Shown here: positions 30,401 through 42,340 of the stretch, piece by piece
Layout: each line of letters starts with the position of its first letter
Position numbering within the stretch: the first letter of the stretch is position 1
Position numbers and translations under genes: made by a program
Origin: Kofleriaceae bacterium
GTDB taxonomy: Bacteria; Myxococcota_A; Polyangia; Haliangiales; Haliangiaceae
Direction: 5' to 3'
Assembly (NCBI GenBank): GCA_965215005.1
Contig: CBDCCZ010000001.1
Span: 96,001-160,000 of the forward strand
Length of the DNA: 64,000 nucleotides
The notes under the pieces: model-generated
Told to the model about the DNA's origin: nothing
Databases searched by the model: none
The model's input: the letters and a program-made list of their open reading frames with translations, nothing else

Positions 30401-31369
30401 CTACAAGGTGCCAACGCCAGAGGCGTGCACACCGACCGTGACCGTAGGAATATGCGCAGGACGCGGGACCTGCGCGGGCGGCAAGGTCTCGCCGCTGGTC
30501 ATCCACTGCGCCGTGCGATTGAAATCGCCATAGCGTGTGAGGCGGCCGTTGCTCACCCCGAGAAAGACGATATAGACCTCGCGACCGAAAAACTCGACTG
30601 CCACGATGAGACAATACCCAGCGGCATCGGTGTAGCCGGTCTTGCCGCCGATGACGTGCCACTGGCTGGAATGCAGGGCTCGGTTGGTGTTGCGGTAGTG
30701 GATGGGCCGCGGTCGAGCGCTGTTGGTCGCGTAGATGCTCGCGACCTCGAGGCCGAGGAGCTCTCGCAACACCGGGTCGGCCATCGCAATTTGTAGCGCC
30801 TTGGCCATCTCGCGCGCGGTGGAGACGTTTCCGCGCAATCCGTTGGGGCTGGTGAAGTGGGTATCGATGAGCCCGAGCTCGAGCGCGAGATCGTTCATAG
30901 CCTCGATCAGCGCTTGGGCGTCGAGACCAACAGCGCGCCCCAAGGCGGTGCAGGCGCGATTGTCAGAGGCGATGAGCATGGCGGTGAGGAGGTCGCGGTT
31001 GCGGTACGCGTGGCCGAGCTGCAACTTGGTGCGGGCACCGCCGCGGGCGAAGCTGTGGTCAATGCGATTGACTTCGGTCGAAGCCTCGAGGTCGATGCCG
31101 CGCTTGCGTACCACCATTGCCACGAAGATCTTGCCAGTAGAGGCAATGTGACGTGCAGCGTCTGGGTCCTTGGCGTAGTAGATGCCGCCGGTGGCGCCGT
31201 CGAGGGCGATAGCGGAGGCCGCCTGAATGTTTGGCAAGCCATCGCTGGTCAGCGACGGAAAGGATGGCTCCGAGGGCTGCCTGCGGCGGCGTTTGCGAGC
31301 GTCGGCTGAGGCGCCGAGGAGCGCGACTACGCCGAGGACGACCAGGAGCAGCGAGAGCCGGCGAGCCAT
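30401..31369 (-). CDS. peptidase S11 D-alanyl-D-alanine endo/carboxypeptidase (PBP7-like)
   Basis: IASTGK (SxxK), ASDN (SxN), KTGYT. Confidence 0.9.
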   Translation of the reverse strand: MARRLSLLLVVLGVVALLGASADARKRRRRQPSEPSFPSLTSDGLPNIQAASAIALDGATGGIYYAKDPDAARHIASTGKIFVAMVVRKRGIDLEASTEVNRIDHSFARGGARTKLQLGHAYRNRDLLTAMLIASDNRACTALGRAVGLDAQALIEAMNDLALELGLIDTHFTSPNGLRGNVSTAREMAKALQIAMADPVLRELLGLEVASIYATNSARPRPIHYRNTNRALHSSQWHVIGGKTGYTDAAGYCLIVAVEFFGREVYIVFLGVSNGRLTRYGDFNRTAQWMTSGETLPPAQVPRPAHIPTVTVGVHASGVGTL

Positions 31370-31699
31370 GAGCTATCATTAAAGGGGCAGGTGGCGGCGG
31401 CCGTCAATGAAGGACATTCGGCTACCTGCCGGCAAATGCCGTTCTTTGCCGATCAACAGTCTTGCGGCTCGGCGGCGCGGGCGTCAGGCTGCTCGGTGTC
31501 TATCCCGCGAGCAACGGCCTCGGTATGTGTGGTGAAATTGAGCTTCCAGTGCGATTGATACACGATCATGCGATGACGCGGGCATTGCCGCCCAGCGCCG
31601 CCTATCCTTTGGGCGGCTCATGCGTATGATCGATGGTGTTTGCGGGGGCGCGGCGGAGCTGATTACCGCGAAAGCCCGTGCACTGGGGGAGATGTAGTG

Positions 31700-33295
31700 A
31701 TGGAGCAACCGGCGCCCGCAGATAGGCTCATTGGCCAAACCGTCGGCAATTATCGCGTCGTGAGCAAGCTCGGCGAAGGCGGCATGGGCGCGGTGTATCT
31801 GGCGGAGCATCCGCTCATTGGCAAGAAGGTGGCCGTTAAGGTGCTACATGCCGAGCTCACCGCCAACCAGGAGCTCACCGAGCGCTTTCTGCAGGAAGCC
31901 AAAGCCGTCAACGACATTCGTCACCGCAACATCGTCGACATCGTCGACTACGGCGTCACCGCGCACGGCGGCCAGCGGATGGTGTACTTCATCATGGAGC
32001 ATCTCGACGGGCTGTCGCTCGCCGAGGTCATTCGCCGAGAAGCACCACTGGCGCCCGCTCGCGCCTTGGGCATCGCGTTGCAGATTGCCGACGCGCTCGC
32101 TGCCTCGCACGCGAGCGGCATCGTGCATCGCGATCTCAAGCCCGACAACATCATCTTGCTCAGCCGCGGGCGCGAGCACGACTTCGTCAAGGTTCTCGAC
32201 TTCGGCATCGCCAAGCTCACCGGCGATAAACCAGGTTCCCGGCGCACTCGCACTGGCGTCGTGATGGGCACTCCTGCGTATATGTCGCCGGAGCAGTGCG
32301 AAGGGCGACCCGGCAACGTCGATCACCGCACCGACATTTACGCGTTGGGAATCGTTCTCTACGAGATGCTGACCGGATGCGTGCCGTTCTCGGGCGAAGG
32401 ATATGGCGAGGTGCTGGTTCAACATCTCACGCAGCCGCCGCTGCCACCGTCGCAGCTGCATCCGGCGGTCCCTGCGCATCTCGAGGCCATCGTGCTCAAG
32501 GCTCTCGAGAAGCGGGCAGAGCAGCGGTTTGCGGCGATGGATGAGCTGATCCGAGCGCTTACCGACCCGATCGGCTATGTCGATATGCGCGGCGGCCCCA
32601 GTGGCTTCGTCGGAACGCCCAATCCGGCGCAGCAGCCGACGCAAATCGCCCCGCGTGCTGCTTCTGTGCTGCCGGCTGGGGTCACCGCGTCGACGACGCT
32701 CAGCGGCGGCGCCACTGAGGTCAGCGATGGCGCAGGAGGCCGAAAATTTGGCCTCGTGGCCGCGGCGCTGCTCGCTTTGCTAGTAGTCGTTGGTGGCGCG
32801 GTAATCTTGAGCGGCACCTCGAAGGCGCCCGTGTCGGCCGTGTCCGCGGACGCGCCGTCTCCTACGCCGTCGCCGTCTCCTACGCCGTCGCCCGCGCAAG
32901 CAGCGGCCGAGCCTGTGGTCGAGGCGCCCGCTACCGAGCCTCGCGTCGCAGAGCCGACTCCCTCCATCGTCACGGTTCGCATCACCTCGCAGCCCACCGG
33001 CGCGGCGGTCTATCTCAACGATGACCCCGAAGCTTCAGGAACCACCCCTCTCGACCTCGAGCTAGAGAAGAGCGATCGCCCTGTGCGCGTGACGCTGGTC
33101 GCTGATGGCTATAAAAAGCGCACCGCGGAGTTCGTTCCCGCTGTCGATGGCACCCGCGAGTGGCTCATGGAGCGAGCACCGCGCGCAACCGACAGCGCGC
33201 CCCCCCGTCCCCGGCGGCAGCGCAGTCCGCGGAGCGAAACCACCGACTCGAGCGGCGTCAATGGCGTCGAAACCTTACGGCCCTCCTTCGATTGA
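31700..33295 (+). CDS. Ser/Thr protein kinase with TM segment and PEGA domain
   Basis: GEGGMGAVY, HRDLKPDN, DFGIAK, GTPAYMSPEQ; ITSQPTGA...GTTP. Confidence 0.94.
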   Translation: MEQPAPADRLIGQTVGNYRVVSKLGEGGMGAVYLAEHPLIGKKVAVKVLHAELTANQELTERFLQEAKAVNDIRHRNIVDIVDYGVTAHGGQRMVYFIMEHLDGLSLAEVIRREAPLAPARALGIALQIADALAASHASGIVHRDLKPDNIILLSRGREHDFVKVLDFGIAKLTGDKPGSRRTRTGVVMGTPAYMSPEQCEGRPGNVDHRTDIYALGIVLYEMLTGCVPFSGEGYGEVLVQHLTQPPLPPSQLHPAVPAHLEAIVLKALEKRAEQRFAAMDELIRALTDPIGYVDMRGGPSGFVGTPNPAQQPTQIAPRAASVLPAGVTASTTLSGGATEVSDGAGGRKFGLVAAALLALLVVVGGAVILSGTSKAPVSAVSADAPSPTPSPSPTPSPAQAAAEPVVEAPATEPRVAEPTPSIVTVRITSQPTGAAVYLNDDPEASGTTPLDLELEKSDRPVRVTLVADGYKKRTAEFVPAVDGTREWLMERAPRATDSAPPRPRRQRSPRSETTDSSGVNGVETLRPSFD

Positions 33296-33317
33296 TCACG
33301 TACCCAGCAGACCCGCC

Positions 33318-34415
33318 ATGAAGCGAATCCCCTATCTCATGCCCTCGCGGCTCAAGCGATTGCTCTCGAGCTTTCTCACACTACTCGTCGTGCTGGGCCT
33401 CTCTGGCGGCTTGGCGTGGGCGCAGGACAAAAAGGCCGCCGCCGATTTGTTCGAGAAGGCGGAGGCGCAGTACAACCTGGGCAACTTCGCTGGCGCGGTG
33501 GAGTCTTACAAGGCTGCCTACGAGGAGTGGCCAGATTCGGTGCTGCTCTTCAATATCGCTCAGGCCTATCGGCAACTCGGCGACTGTCGTCAGGCGCTGT
33601 TCTTCTACCGGCGCTACTTGCTTCTGCGCAAAGACGCGCCCAACAAGGCGCAGGTCGAACGGACCATCGCCGACCTCGAGGAGCAGTGTAAGAAAGAGGA
33701 AGAGGTTCGCAAGAGCGACCCTCAAGGGACCGAGAAGCCGGTCACCATACCCGCGCAAGACGCTCCTTCGCCGGCTGTCGAGGCAAATCCACCCGCCCTG
33801 GCAAGCGAGTCGCAACCTGCGGTGGCCACCTCGAGTCGTGGCGCCGCGGATGCCGTCGTAGCCGCCCAAGCGCCCAGCCGCGAGATTGTGGCCGTTCGCG
33901 CCGCGGCGGGGCCTGCGTTTCTCATCGGCATCGAAGACTCGTCGACGGAGCTATCGCTCGCGGCAAGCATCGCGCATCCGTTGGCAGTGGGCCCGGCCTC
34001 GCTCGAAGTCGGCGTATTGGGGAGCGTCACGCCCATCGACTGGGACGCGCGAGTGAACGAGCAAGACTACTCCGGCACCGCAACGCTCGTTGGCTTCCTG
34101 GGCAACGTCGGCATCGCCTATCCCGTGCTTGCCAACCTCTCGATACGCGGTGAGCTCGGCGCCGGCGTGCTCCTGTTTACCGGCCTTGACGAAAACAATA
34201 CCTTTACGGAGGGTGGCCGTCCGGCCGAGGGCGGTCCTTTGGCCATGGTTCACGGGCGCGCCGCTGTGGGCGCGGAGTTTGCCATTACCCCCAACGTTGC
34301 CGTGCAGGCGTATCCGCTGGTGTTTGCCTATAGCCCTGCCGCTGACGGACTGCGCGAGTCTATCGACTCAGTGAGCCGTTACGAGCTTCTCATCGGTGCT
34401 AGCTTTCGGATGTAG
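33318..34415 (+). CDS. secreted TPR protein with C-terminal beta-barrel-like domain
   Basis: signal peptide; YNLGNFAGAVESYKAAY...LLFNIAQAYR; amphipathic beta strands ending GASFRM. Confidence 0.75.
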   Translation: MKRIPYLMPSRLKRLLSSFLTLLVVLGLSGGLAWAQDKKAAADLFEKAEAQYNLGNFAGAVESYKAAYEEWPDSVLLFNIAQAYRQLGDCRQALFFYRRYLLLRKDAPNKAQVERTIADLEEQCKKEEEVRKSDPQGTEKPVTIPAQDAPSPAVEANPPALASESQPAVATSSRGAADAVVAAQAPSREIVAVRAAAGPAFLIGIEDSSTELSLAASIAHPLAVGPASLEVGVLGSVTPIDWDARVNEQDYSGTATLVGFLGNVGIAYPVLANLSIRGELGAGVLLFTGLDENNTFTEGGRPAEGGPLAMVHGRAAVGAEFAITPNVAVQAYPLVFAYSPAADGLRESIDSVSRYELLIGASFRM

Positions 34416-34482
34416 CTGCTTTGGCGGCGCCTCCGCATCCTGCATCCATTGCGGCGCAGTGCCCTGATATGCTGCTCGAGCG

Positions 34483-35181
34483 ATGAAAGCCTGCCCCTTT
34501 TGCGCCGAAGAAATTCAGGATCAAGCGATTAAGTGTCGCTACTGCGGCGAATTTCTGTCCACGGCAGCCGGTGGCGCGAAAGACGTCGCAGTGGCGCAAG
34601 CTCCGCACGCCGCTGCAAATCCTGCTGCGGCGCCACCTGTGCTCGCACCTGGGGTCGCGGCGCTAGCACCCACCGGACGGCGTCCACGCGAGATCCTCTA
34701 TGCCGGGTCGCCGTCGTGGCGTGCCTACCTTCGCGCCTATCTATTGTTGGCGCTGGCGGCGGTGGCGCTTCCGCTGATCGGCTGGTTCATCGCGACCCGA
34801 GCCTTTGCCGGTGACGCGGTGCCGCAGGTGCTGGCGGTGCTAGCGCCGCTAGTGCTTTGCATTCTCGGATTGGTGATTCTGCACTTTCACCGCGTCTCGA
34901 CCGTCATCCGCGTTAGCACCACCAATATCGAGGTCGAGGCCGGCATGCTCTCTAAGAAGATCGACGTCCTCGAGCTATGGCGGTGTCGCGATGTTCGCTA
35001 CCGCCAATCCCTTTCCGACCGTTTGCTTGGAATCGCGCACATCGATATCTTCACCGCGGACGTCACCAACCCGCAGCTGCATCTGGTGGGGCTGCCAGCT
35101 TCGCGCGAGCTCTTCGAGAACCTTCGCGACTCAATGGAGCTTCAGCGCCAGCAGCGCAACGTCTACGGCTTGATGCATTGA
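34483..35181 (+). CDS. zinc-ribbon + 2TM + bacterial PH (bPH_2) domain protein
   Basis: CPFCAEEI...KCRYCGE; GMLSKKIDVLEL.R..DV..RQSLSDRLLGI. Confidence 0.8.
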   Translation: MKACPFCAEEIQDQAIKCRYCGEFLSTAAGGAKDVAVAQAPHAAANPAAAPPVLAPGVAALAPTGRRPREILYAGSPSWRAYLRAYLLLALAAVALPLIGWFIATRAFAGDAVPQVLAVLAPLVLCILGLVILHFHRVSTVIRVSTTNIEVEAGMLSKKIDVLELWRCRDVRYRQSLSDRLLGIAHIDIFTADVTNPQLHLVGLPASRELFENLRDSMELQRQQRNVYGLMH

Positions 35182-35239
35182 TCGGCAGCTCGCCTGCGGG
35201 TGGTTACAGCGTTGCGGGCTGGCGGACGCGGCGCGCGCG

Positions 35240-36433
35240 TCAACGCCCGCGTGCTCGGCGGCGCATCTGCCTAACCTTGCGCTTGGCTGCGGCAACGTCT
35301 GCATCCCCTGCGGGGGCGCGCTCGACGAACGCCGCAAACGCTTCGGCGGCTTGCCGCCAGCGCTCGCTTTTCTCGTAGAGGAGAGCGAGGTTCCAGTACG
35401 GATACGGATTCTGCGGGTTGCTGCGGATCGCCGTCGTTAGCACCACCTCGGCGCGCTCGAGATCCCCCGACGAGTACAGTACGAAGCCGAGCTTGGCAGG
35501 CGCCTTTTCGTGGGTCGGCTCGAGCTCGAGAGCTTTTTCGTACGCCCCAATCGCGTCGCTGTAGCGTCCGAGCGCGCGCAAAATTTCCCCATACGCGTAC
35601 CAATGCAGCGCGTCGTCCGGGGCGAGCTCGACCGCGTGAGCCAGACTTTGCTCTGAAGCGAGATTATCGCCGTAGAGGTTCTGCGTGATGCCGAGCTCGA
35701 AAAAGTTGCTGGCGTCATCAGCTCCATAGCGAGTCGCCTTTAAATGGTGCGATAGCGCTTCATCGAGGTGCGACTGACCACGCAGCAGGCGGCCCAAACT
35801 GCGGTGCGCATCGGCGTTTTGCGGCTCGAGCTCGAGCGCGGCTCGCAGCTCCGCGACGGCTTCGCCCGGCCGCTTCATCTGGGCCAATGTCGCGGCCAGC
35901 TCAATGCGATACCGCGGCTCGTCGGCGGCCAATGCGGCCGCTTTGCGGGCATCGTCGAGAGCGGCCTCTAGTTGGTCCCCCGCGGCCAGCGCGCGGCTCC
36001 GTTGATAGAATGCCTCGGCACCACCTTCGTCGAGCTCGATGAGCTGAGTGAGCACCTCGGCGGCGCGCTCGTGCTGACCATCGGCCATGAGCGCTTCTGC
36101 GAGCAGCAAAAAGCCGAGTGTCGCGGCCGGCTCGCGATCGGAATAGGCCCGCGCAATCGTGACCGCCTCGCCCTGGCGGCGCTGCGCGATCAGTAACCGC
36201 ACGTACCCGGTCGCCGCATCAATATTGGACGGCTCCCGCTCGATTGCTTCCTGATAGTGCTGCGCCGCGCGCTTGAAGTCGCCGGCGCGTTCCGCGGCGA
36301 TGGCCTCCGCGAGCGCCGAGGAGCCCTCTGGCGCGGTATCGGCTGGGGTGGTAGCGATGACTTTGGCGCTCGAGCCGCAGCTGATCAGCGCCAGCGACAT
36401 CGCCAACACAAGTTTCGCGGGAAAGACCTTCAC
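35240..36433 (-). CDS. TPR repeat lipoprotein
   Basis: LISC lipobox; multiple TPR repeats (YEKALELEP); start uncertain. Confidence 0.8.
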   Translation of the reverse strand: MKVFPAKLVLAMSLALISCGSSAKVIATTPADTAPEGSSALAEAIAAERAGDFKRAAQHYQEAIEREPSNIDAATGYVRLLIAQRRQGEAVTIARAYSDREPAATLGFLLLAEALMADGQHERAAEVLTQLIELDEGGAEAFYQRSRALAAGDQLEAALDDARKAAALAADEPRYRIELAATLAQMKRPGEAVAELRAALELEPQNADAHRSLGRLLRGQSHLDEALSHHLKATRYGADDASNFFELGITQNLYGDNLASEQSLAHAVELAPDDALHWYAYGEILRALGRYSDAIGAYEKALELEPTHEKAPAKLGFVLYSSGDLERAEVVLTTAIRSNPQNPYPYWNLALLYEKSERWRQAAEAFAAFVERAPAGDADVAAAKRKVRQMRRRARGR

Positions 36434-36481
36434 GCGCTCACAGTAGCCAACCTGGCGGCATCTCGCCAAGCACGCGGCTCG

Positions 36482-36994
36482 CTATCGATAGCGCAGAACC
36501 GCCGCCGGGACTCCAGCGACCACCGCGCCTTCGGCAACGTCGCGGCTCACCACGGCGCCCGCTCCCACCATGGCGCCGGCGCCGACGCGAACGCCGGGCA
36601 GGATCACCGCGCCAACGCCGATATCGCAGCCATCGCCGAGCTCCACTGGCGCAAGCTCCAGGGCGCCCTCCATGATCGGTGCTCGCGGATCGGCGGGCAG
36701 CTGATGACGTGAGGTGAGAATCTTCACAGCGGGGCCGATGCCAACGCGCACCCCGATGCGCAACCCACCCGCGGCGTGAAGAAATGCTTGCTGACCGATC
36801 CACGAGCCGTCCCCAATGATCAACTCGTTGCGGAAGTAGCCTTTGAGGATCGCGTAGTGACCGATGTAAACGTCATCGCCGATGGACACGTTCTCGGGGT
36901 GAAATAGCAGCGCGCCAGGCTCGAAGACTACGCCGCGTCCGCAGTGGCGAAGCGCGGCAGGCGCGATCTCACCGGTGCCGTGCGAGCGCGTCAT
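36482..36994 (-). CDS. hexapeptide-repeat (LbH) acyltransferase
   Basis: IGDDVYIG, IGDGSWIG, ILPGVRVGAGAMVGAGAVV..DV..GAVVAGVPA. Confidence 0.9.
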   Translation of the reverse strand: MTRSHGTGEIAPAALRHCGRGVVFEPGALLFHPENVSIGDDVYIGHYAILKGYFRNELIIGDGSWIGQQAFLHAAGGLRIGVRVGIGPAVKILTSRHQLPADPRAPIMEGALELAPVELGDGCDIGVGAVILPGVRVGAGAMVGAGAVVSRDVAEGAVVAGVPAAVLRYR

Positions 36995-37115
36995 GCAGGC
37001 GGCAGCGTATCACGCACCCACTCGCGTAGCTTATGCTCTCAGAGTGGCGCGCATTCGGATCGTAGACGAGTGGCTGCGTAGCCCGGTTTCGGGCCCATCG
37101 CGATATCGATCGATC

Positions 37116-37910
37116 ATGGTGGTGGCGCAGTCGTGGGCGGAGCAGCGAGTGCTGATGCGAGCGTTTGCAGGGTGCGACGATCAAACCCGGCCGACGATCG
37201 TCTTGCATGGGTTGCAGCTGGCGATTGGCCCGGCTGGCCTCGATCCCGCTGGGCCTTGGGGCATTCACGTCGAGCCGCCGATCGACGGTCGGGCGCAAGA
37301 GCTGCGTGGGCAGCTCGAGCTCGCCGCCAGGCGGCTGGCGGGAAGCCGCGGCACGCCGCCACGACTTTTGGACGAGTCTTCTGCATTCGACAACAAGCAG
37401 ACCAACCACTGGGCACCCGGAGCGGGACGCGACGTGGCGCAGCGCCCGGAGGAGCATTGGGAGCCAGTGCAGCAAGCGTCGAATCCGCTTATAGAGGCGC
37501 GAGGCGCGAGCGGTGCACACGAGGAGCATCGTCGAGGTTGGACGCCGCCAAGGCCTACGCCGCCGGCTCGCGAAGTCGGGGCTCATACGACTTACGGCTT
37601 CGCTTCGGGTGCCGGTGCTCAGTCGCCGCAGGTGCGCTTCGGGTTGGCGCGCGAGCCAGCGAGGCGGCTCGCGGCGATGGTCGGACATACCCTTCCAGCG
37701 GGCCTGCGCCTGACCGACAGCGAGCGAGCCGTGCTCAACGCGTTGGGAAGCAAGCCGTTGACCGCTGGGCGGGTGGCAGCTCTGGCGGGAGTCGACAATG
37801 GTCCGAGGTGGATGGCCGCGCTGATGAGCAAGCTCGCCGACCATGGGCTCGACTTGATTGCGCCCGGTGACGATGACGACGGCGAGCCCACCTATCTGCT
37901 TCGCGGCTAG
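37116..37910 (+). CDS. hypothetical protein, possible C-terminal winged helix
   Basis: coding-like ORF; C-terminal LTDSERAVLNAL...WMAALMSKL; start uncertain. Confidence 0.55.
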   Translation: MVVAQSWAEQRVLMRAFAGCDDQTRPTIVLHGLQLAIGPAGLDPAGPWGIHVEPPIDGRAQELRGQLELAARRLAGSRGTPPRLLDESSAFDNKQTNHWAPGAGRDVAQRPEEHWEPVQQASNPLIEARGASGAHEEHRRGWTPPRPTPPAREVGAHTTYGFASGAGAQSPQVRFGLAREPARRLAAMVGHTLPAGLRLTDSERAVLNALGSKPLTAGRVAALAGVDNGPRWMAALMSKLADHGLDLIAPGDDDDGEPTYLLRG

Positions 37911-37999
37911 CACCGCTGATCAGTTCGACTCAGATGAGGCGAGATCGGGGCCGCGACATGTGGTAACCACCCCGTCTCGCCTCCATCGAGGAAGGAACC

Positions 38000-39421
38000 A
38001 TGGACGTTCGCATCGAAGAAGTCTCCGCTGTCGAAAAGAAGCTCGTCGTCGACGTACCGTGGGAAACGGTCTCGACCCGCCTCACCGACGCGTACAAAGA
38101 CCTGGCCAAAGGCGTTCAGCTCAAGGGCTTTCGCAAGGGCAAGGTGCCGCGCAGTGTGCTCGAACGGATGTTTGGGCCCCGGGTCCGCGCGGAAGTTACG
38201 TTTCAGCTGCTCCAGGAGTCGTTCGTAACGGCGGCCACGGAGCACGATCTCGATGCGGTGGCCGAGCCGCGCCTTGATGGTTCGCCCGACATCAAGAAGG
38301 GCCAGCCACTGCGTCTGGAAGCCATCGTCGAGGTCAAAGGCGAGGTCGTTGCGAGCGACTACGATGACATGGAGCTCAAGAAGCGGCGGCTCGAGGTAAC
38401 CGACGAACAGGTCGAGCAGGCCATCGCCGAGCTGCGGCGCGAGCACACCGAGCTGGTGCCGATCGAGGAGCGCGACGTCACCGCTTCCTCTGACGTGGTT
38501 GCGGTGAAGGTGCAGGGGGTGGTCGGAGAGCACGAGATCGATCGGCCGGCGATCATGGTGGACCTCGGCGACGACGAGCGCGAACCGCTGCCGGGTCTTG
38601 CAAAGGCTCTGACCGGGTTGCCGCTGGCTAGCGTGGATCACGTCCTCGAGCTGCCGATTCCCGAAGATCACTCCGACTCGTCCATCGCGGGTCATACCGC
38701 CAAGCTCACCATCTCGATCACCGACGCGCGCCAGAAAGACGTGCCCGAGCTCGATGATGAGTTCGCGAAAGACACCGGCAAGGGCGAGACGATCGATGAG
38801 TTGCGCGCCAAGGTGCGGGAAGATCTCGAAGGAGAGCAGCGCAAGCGAATCACTGCCGAGCTGCGAGAGGCGGCGTTGCGCGAGCTGGTGAAGCGAAACC
38901 AGATCGCGATTGCGCCCGCGTTGGTCGAGCGCGCGGTGGAGTTTCAGTGGAAGCGGCTGCAGTCGATGTTGGGGATGCAGGGGGGCAGCTCCGGCTTGGA
39001 CTCACGGATGCGTGAGTCGCTGCGACCAAGGGCGGCGGATGACGTGCGCGGGCAACTGCTGCTAGAGGCAATTGCAGACAAGGAGACCCTCACCGTTTCC
39101 GAAGAGGAGCTCGCGGCGCACATCGAGGAGCTCGCGGCGGAAGGTGGCAAGCAGGCGGCGCGTCTGCGTGCCGAGCTCGACCGCGACGGCCGCCTCGACA
39201 ATATCCGCTTTCAGCTGCGCCAAGAGCGAACGCTCGACCACATCATCGGTAAGGCCCGGGTGGAGGAAGTGGATGCAAGTGAGCTCGAGCCTGCTCATGA
39301 CCATGAGCATCATGACCATGAGCATGGTGACCATGAGCATCATGCGCACGAGCATGATCACCCACATGAGCACGAGCACGCCGACGATAGCCGTGAGGCC
39401 GGAAAAACGCCCGAAGGCTAA
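38000..39421 (+). CDS. tig: trigger factor with His-rich C-terminal tail
   Basis: GFRKGKVP ribosome-binding motif, PELDDEFAK; upstream of clpP. Confidence 0.95.
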   Translation: MDVRIEEVSAVEKKLVVDVPWETVSTRLTDAYKDLAKGVQLKGFRKGKVPRSVLERMFGPRVRAEVTFQLLQESFVTAATEHDLDAVAEPRLDGSPDIKKGQPLRLEAIVEVKGEVVASDYDDMELKKRRLEVTDEQVEQAIAELRREHTELVPIEERDVTASSDVVAVKVQGVVGEHEIDRPAIMVDLGDDEREPLPGLAKALTGLPLASVDHVLELPIPEDHSDSSIAGHTAKLTISITDARQKDVPELDDEFAKDTGKGETIDELRAKVREDLEGEQRKRITAELREAALRELVKRNQIAIAPALVERAVEFQWKRLQSMLGMQGGSSGLDSRMRESLRPRAADDVRGQLLLEAIADKETLTVSEEELAAHIEELAAEGGKQAARLRAELDRDGRLDNIRFQLRQERTLDHIIGKARVEEVDASELEPAHDHEHHDHEHGDHEHHAHEHDHPHEHEHADDSREAGKTPEG

Positions 39422-39526
39422 TCACGCCGCGGTGCGTTGCGTCGAGCTTCGCAAACGCACCGATCAGCCTCGCCGGTTGGTCGGTTGCACCGGCGCTCGG
39501 GGCCCCGTACAGTGGTGGGCAGGTCC

Positions 39527-40147
39527 ATGAAAATCAACAACTACCTGATTCCGACGGTCATCGAGCAAACCCACCGGGGCGAGCGCGGTTGGGACATTTT
39601 CTCGCGCCTTCTCAAGGACCGCATCATCTTCCTCGGCACACCGATCAATGACGAGGTCGCCAACGTCGTCATCGCGCAGCTCCTGTTCCTCGAGTCTGAG
39701 GAGCCGGAAAAAGACATCATGCTCTACATCAATTCGCCGGGCGGCCACGTCACTGCCGGGTTGGCGATCTACGACACCATGCAGTACGTGCGGTGCCCGG
39801 TCGCCACGATTTGCATGGGCCAAGCGGCATCGATGGGCGCGTTCCTATTGGGGTCCGGCGCCAAGGGCAAGCGCTACGCGTTGCCGCACTCGCGAATCAT
39901 GATCCACCAGCCCCTTGGCGGCTTCCAGGGGCAGGCCACGGACATCGACATCCACGCTAAAGAGATTCTGAAGACGCGCGATACTCTCAACGAGCTTTGG
40001 TCGGAGCATACCGGGCAACCGCTCGAACGGATTCAGGACGACACCGAGCGTGACTATTTCATGAGCCCCATGGGAGCCAAAGAATACGGCATCGTCGACG
40101 AGGTCATCACCAAGAAGAAAGTAGTCGACGAAGAGACGAACACCTGA
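39527..40147 (+). CDS. clpP: ATP-dependent Clp protease proteolytic subunit
   Basis: [32 protein letters not shown]. Confidence 0.97.
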   Translation: MKINNYLIPTVIEQTHRGERGWDIFSRLLKDRIIFLGTPINDEVANVVIAQLLFLESEEPEKDIMLYINSPGGHVTAGLAIYDTMQYVRCPVATICMGQAASMGAFLLGSGAKGKRYALPHSRIMIHQPLGGFQGQATDIDIHAKEILKTRDTLNELWSEHTGQPLERIQDDTERDYFMSPMGAKEYGIVDEVITKKKVVDEETNT

Positions 40148-40151
40148 GCCT

Positions 40152-41420
<1,269 letters not shown>

Positions 41421-41461
41421 CCGCCAACTCACGCCGACCGCTGGAGTCAATCCAGCAGAAG

Positions 41462-41482
41462 AGCCCGCTCGCGCGGGCTTTC
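41462..41482. terminator. hairpin terminator between convergent clpX and the outer-membrane gene
   Basis: AGCCCGC-TCGC-GCGGGCT followed by TT. Confidence 0.55.
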
Positions 41483-41499
41483 GTCGTTCAGCGTTGCAT

Positions 41500-42165
41500 C
41501 TAATACCAGTTGAACGCGACGCCGACGATCACGGAGCCGACGTTGTCTTGGATCGCGTCGTAGCTGCCGAGGCCAAGGCGTAGATTGGCGTCGAGCGCGA
41601 AGTGCGGCGCCGACAGCAATTCGTAGCCGACCGCTCCGAGGATCGCCCCGCCGTCGGCGACGTCGGAATCGAGGGCTGCGTAGCCATCGTCGTAGACCTC
41701 GGAGAGGTGAGCGAGCCCGATGCCGCCTTTGATCCACAGCCTCGGAAGCAGCCAGTACTGCGCGGCGATCAGCACCATCGCCTGGTAGAGAGAAATGTCT
41801 TCGTAGGCGGTCGAGCCGATTTGTTGATTGGTGATAGCGAGCTCGAACAGCAGCGCGAGCCGCGGGTTGAGCATGCCGCCGATGTGAAAGTCGAAGCCGC
41901 CAGCAAACGGCTCATAGCGGCAGGTTGCGCAGTCCAGCGGGCCGCTGCTGTCGTTCATCGCGCCGACGCCAATGCCAAACCCCAGCGCTAGGCCATGGCG
42001 CCAATAGTAACCGTCGTCTTCGATGTAGCTCGGGCCGCCGTAACCCGGTGGTGCCAGCCGCCCCGGCGGCGGCGGCTGGCCGGGCTGCGCGCGTGACGCT
42101 GCGGGCATTGCGGCGAGAACGCCGAGCGCTGTCACCGCCATCATTGTGATTCGTATCGTGACCAT
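41500..42165 (-). CDS. small outer-membrane beta-barrel protein
   Basis: signal peptide, Pro-rich linker, amphipathic strands, terminal VAFNWY. Confidence 0.75.
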   Translation of the reverse strand: MVTIRITMMAVTALGVLAAMPAASRAQPGQPPPPGRLAPPGYGGPSYIEDDGYYWRHGLALGFGIGVGAMNDSSGPLDCATCRYEPFAGGFDFHIGGMLNPRLALLFELAITNQQIGSTAYEDISLYQAMVLIAAQYWLLPRLWIKGGIGLAHLSEVYDDGYAALDSDVADGGAILGAVGYELLSAPHFALDANLRLGLGSYDAIQDNVGSVIVGVAFNWY

Positions 42166-42340
42166 GATTGACCTCCGCGCGCTGCCGCAGCGTCTGCTTG
42201 AGTTTCTGCGGCGCCTACGGCTCGTAGGAGGGCGCAACACGTTTGATAGCTCCAACGTACGGCTCAGCGCGAGGGAGATTCAAGCGACCGCCGTCACGGC
42301 GTATATGCACGTATATGCAGTTGTCGCATACGAGCCGTCA

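Noticed and set aside
32850..32895. Direct repeat in the kinase gene
   Set aside because: It encodes an ordinary PSPT linker.
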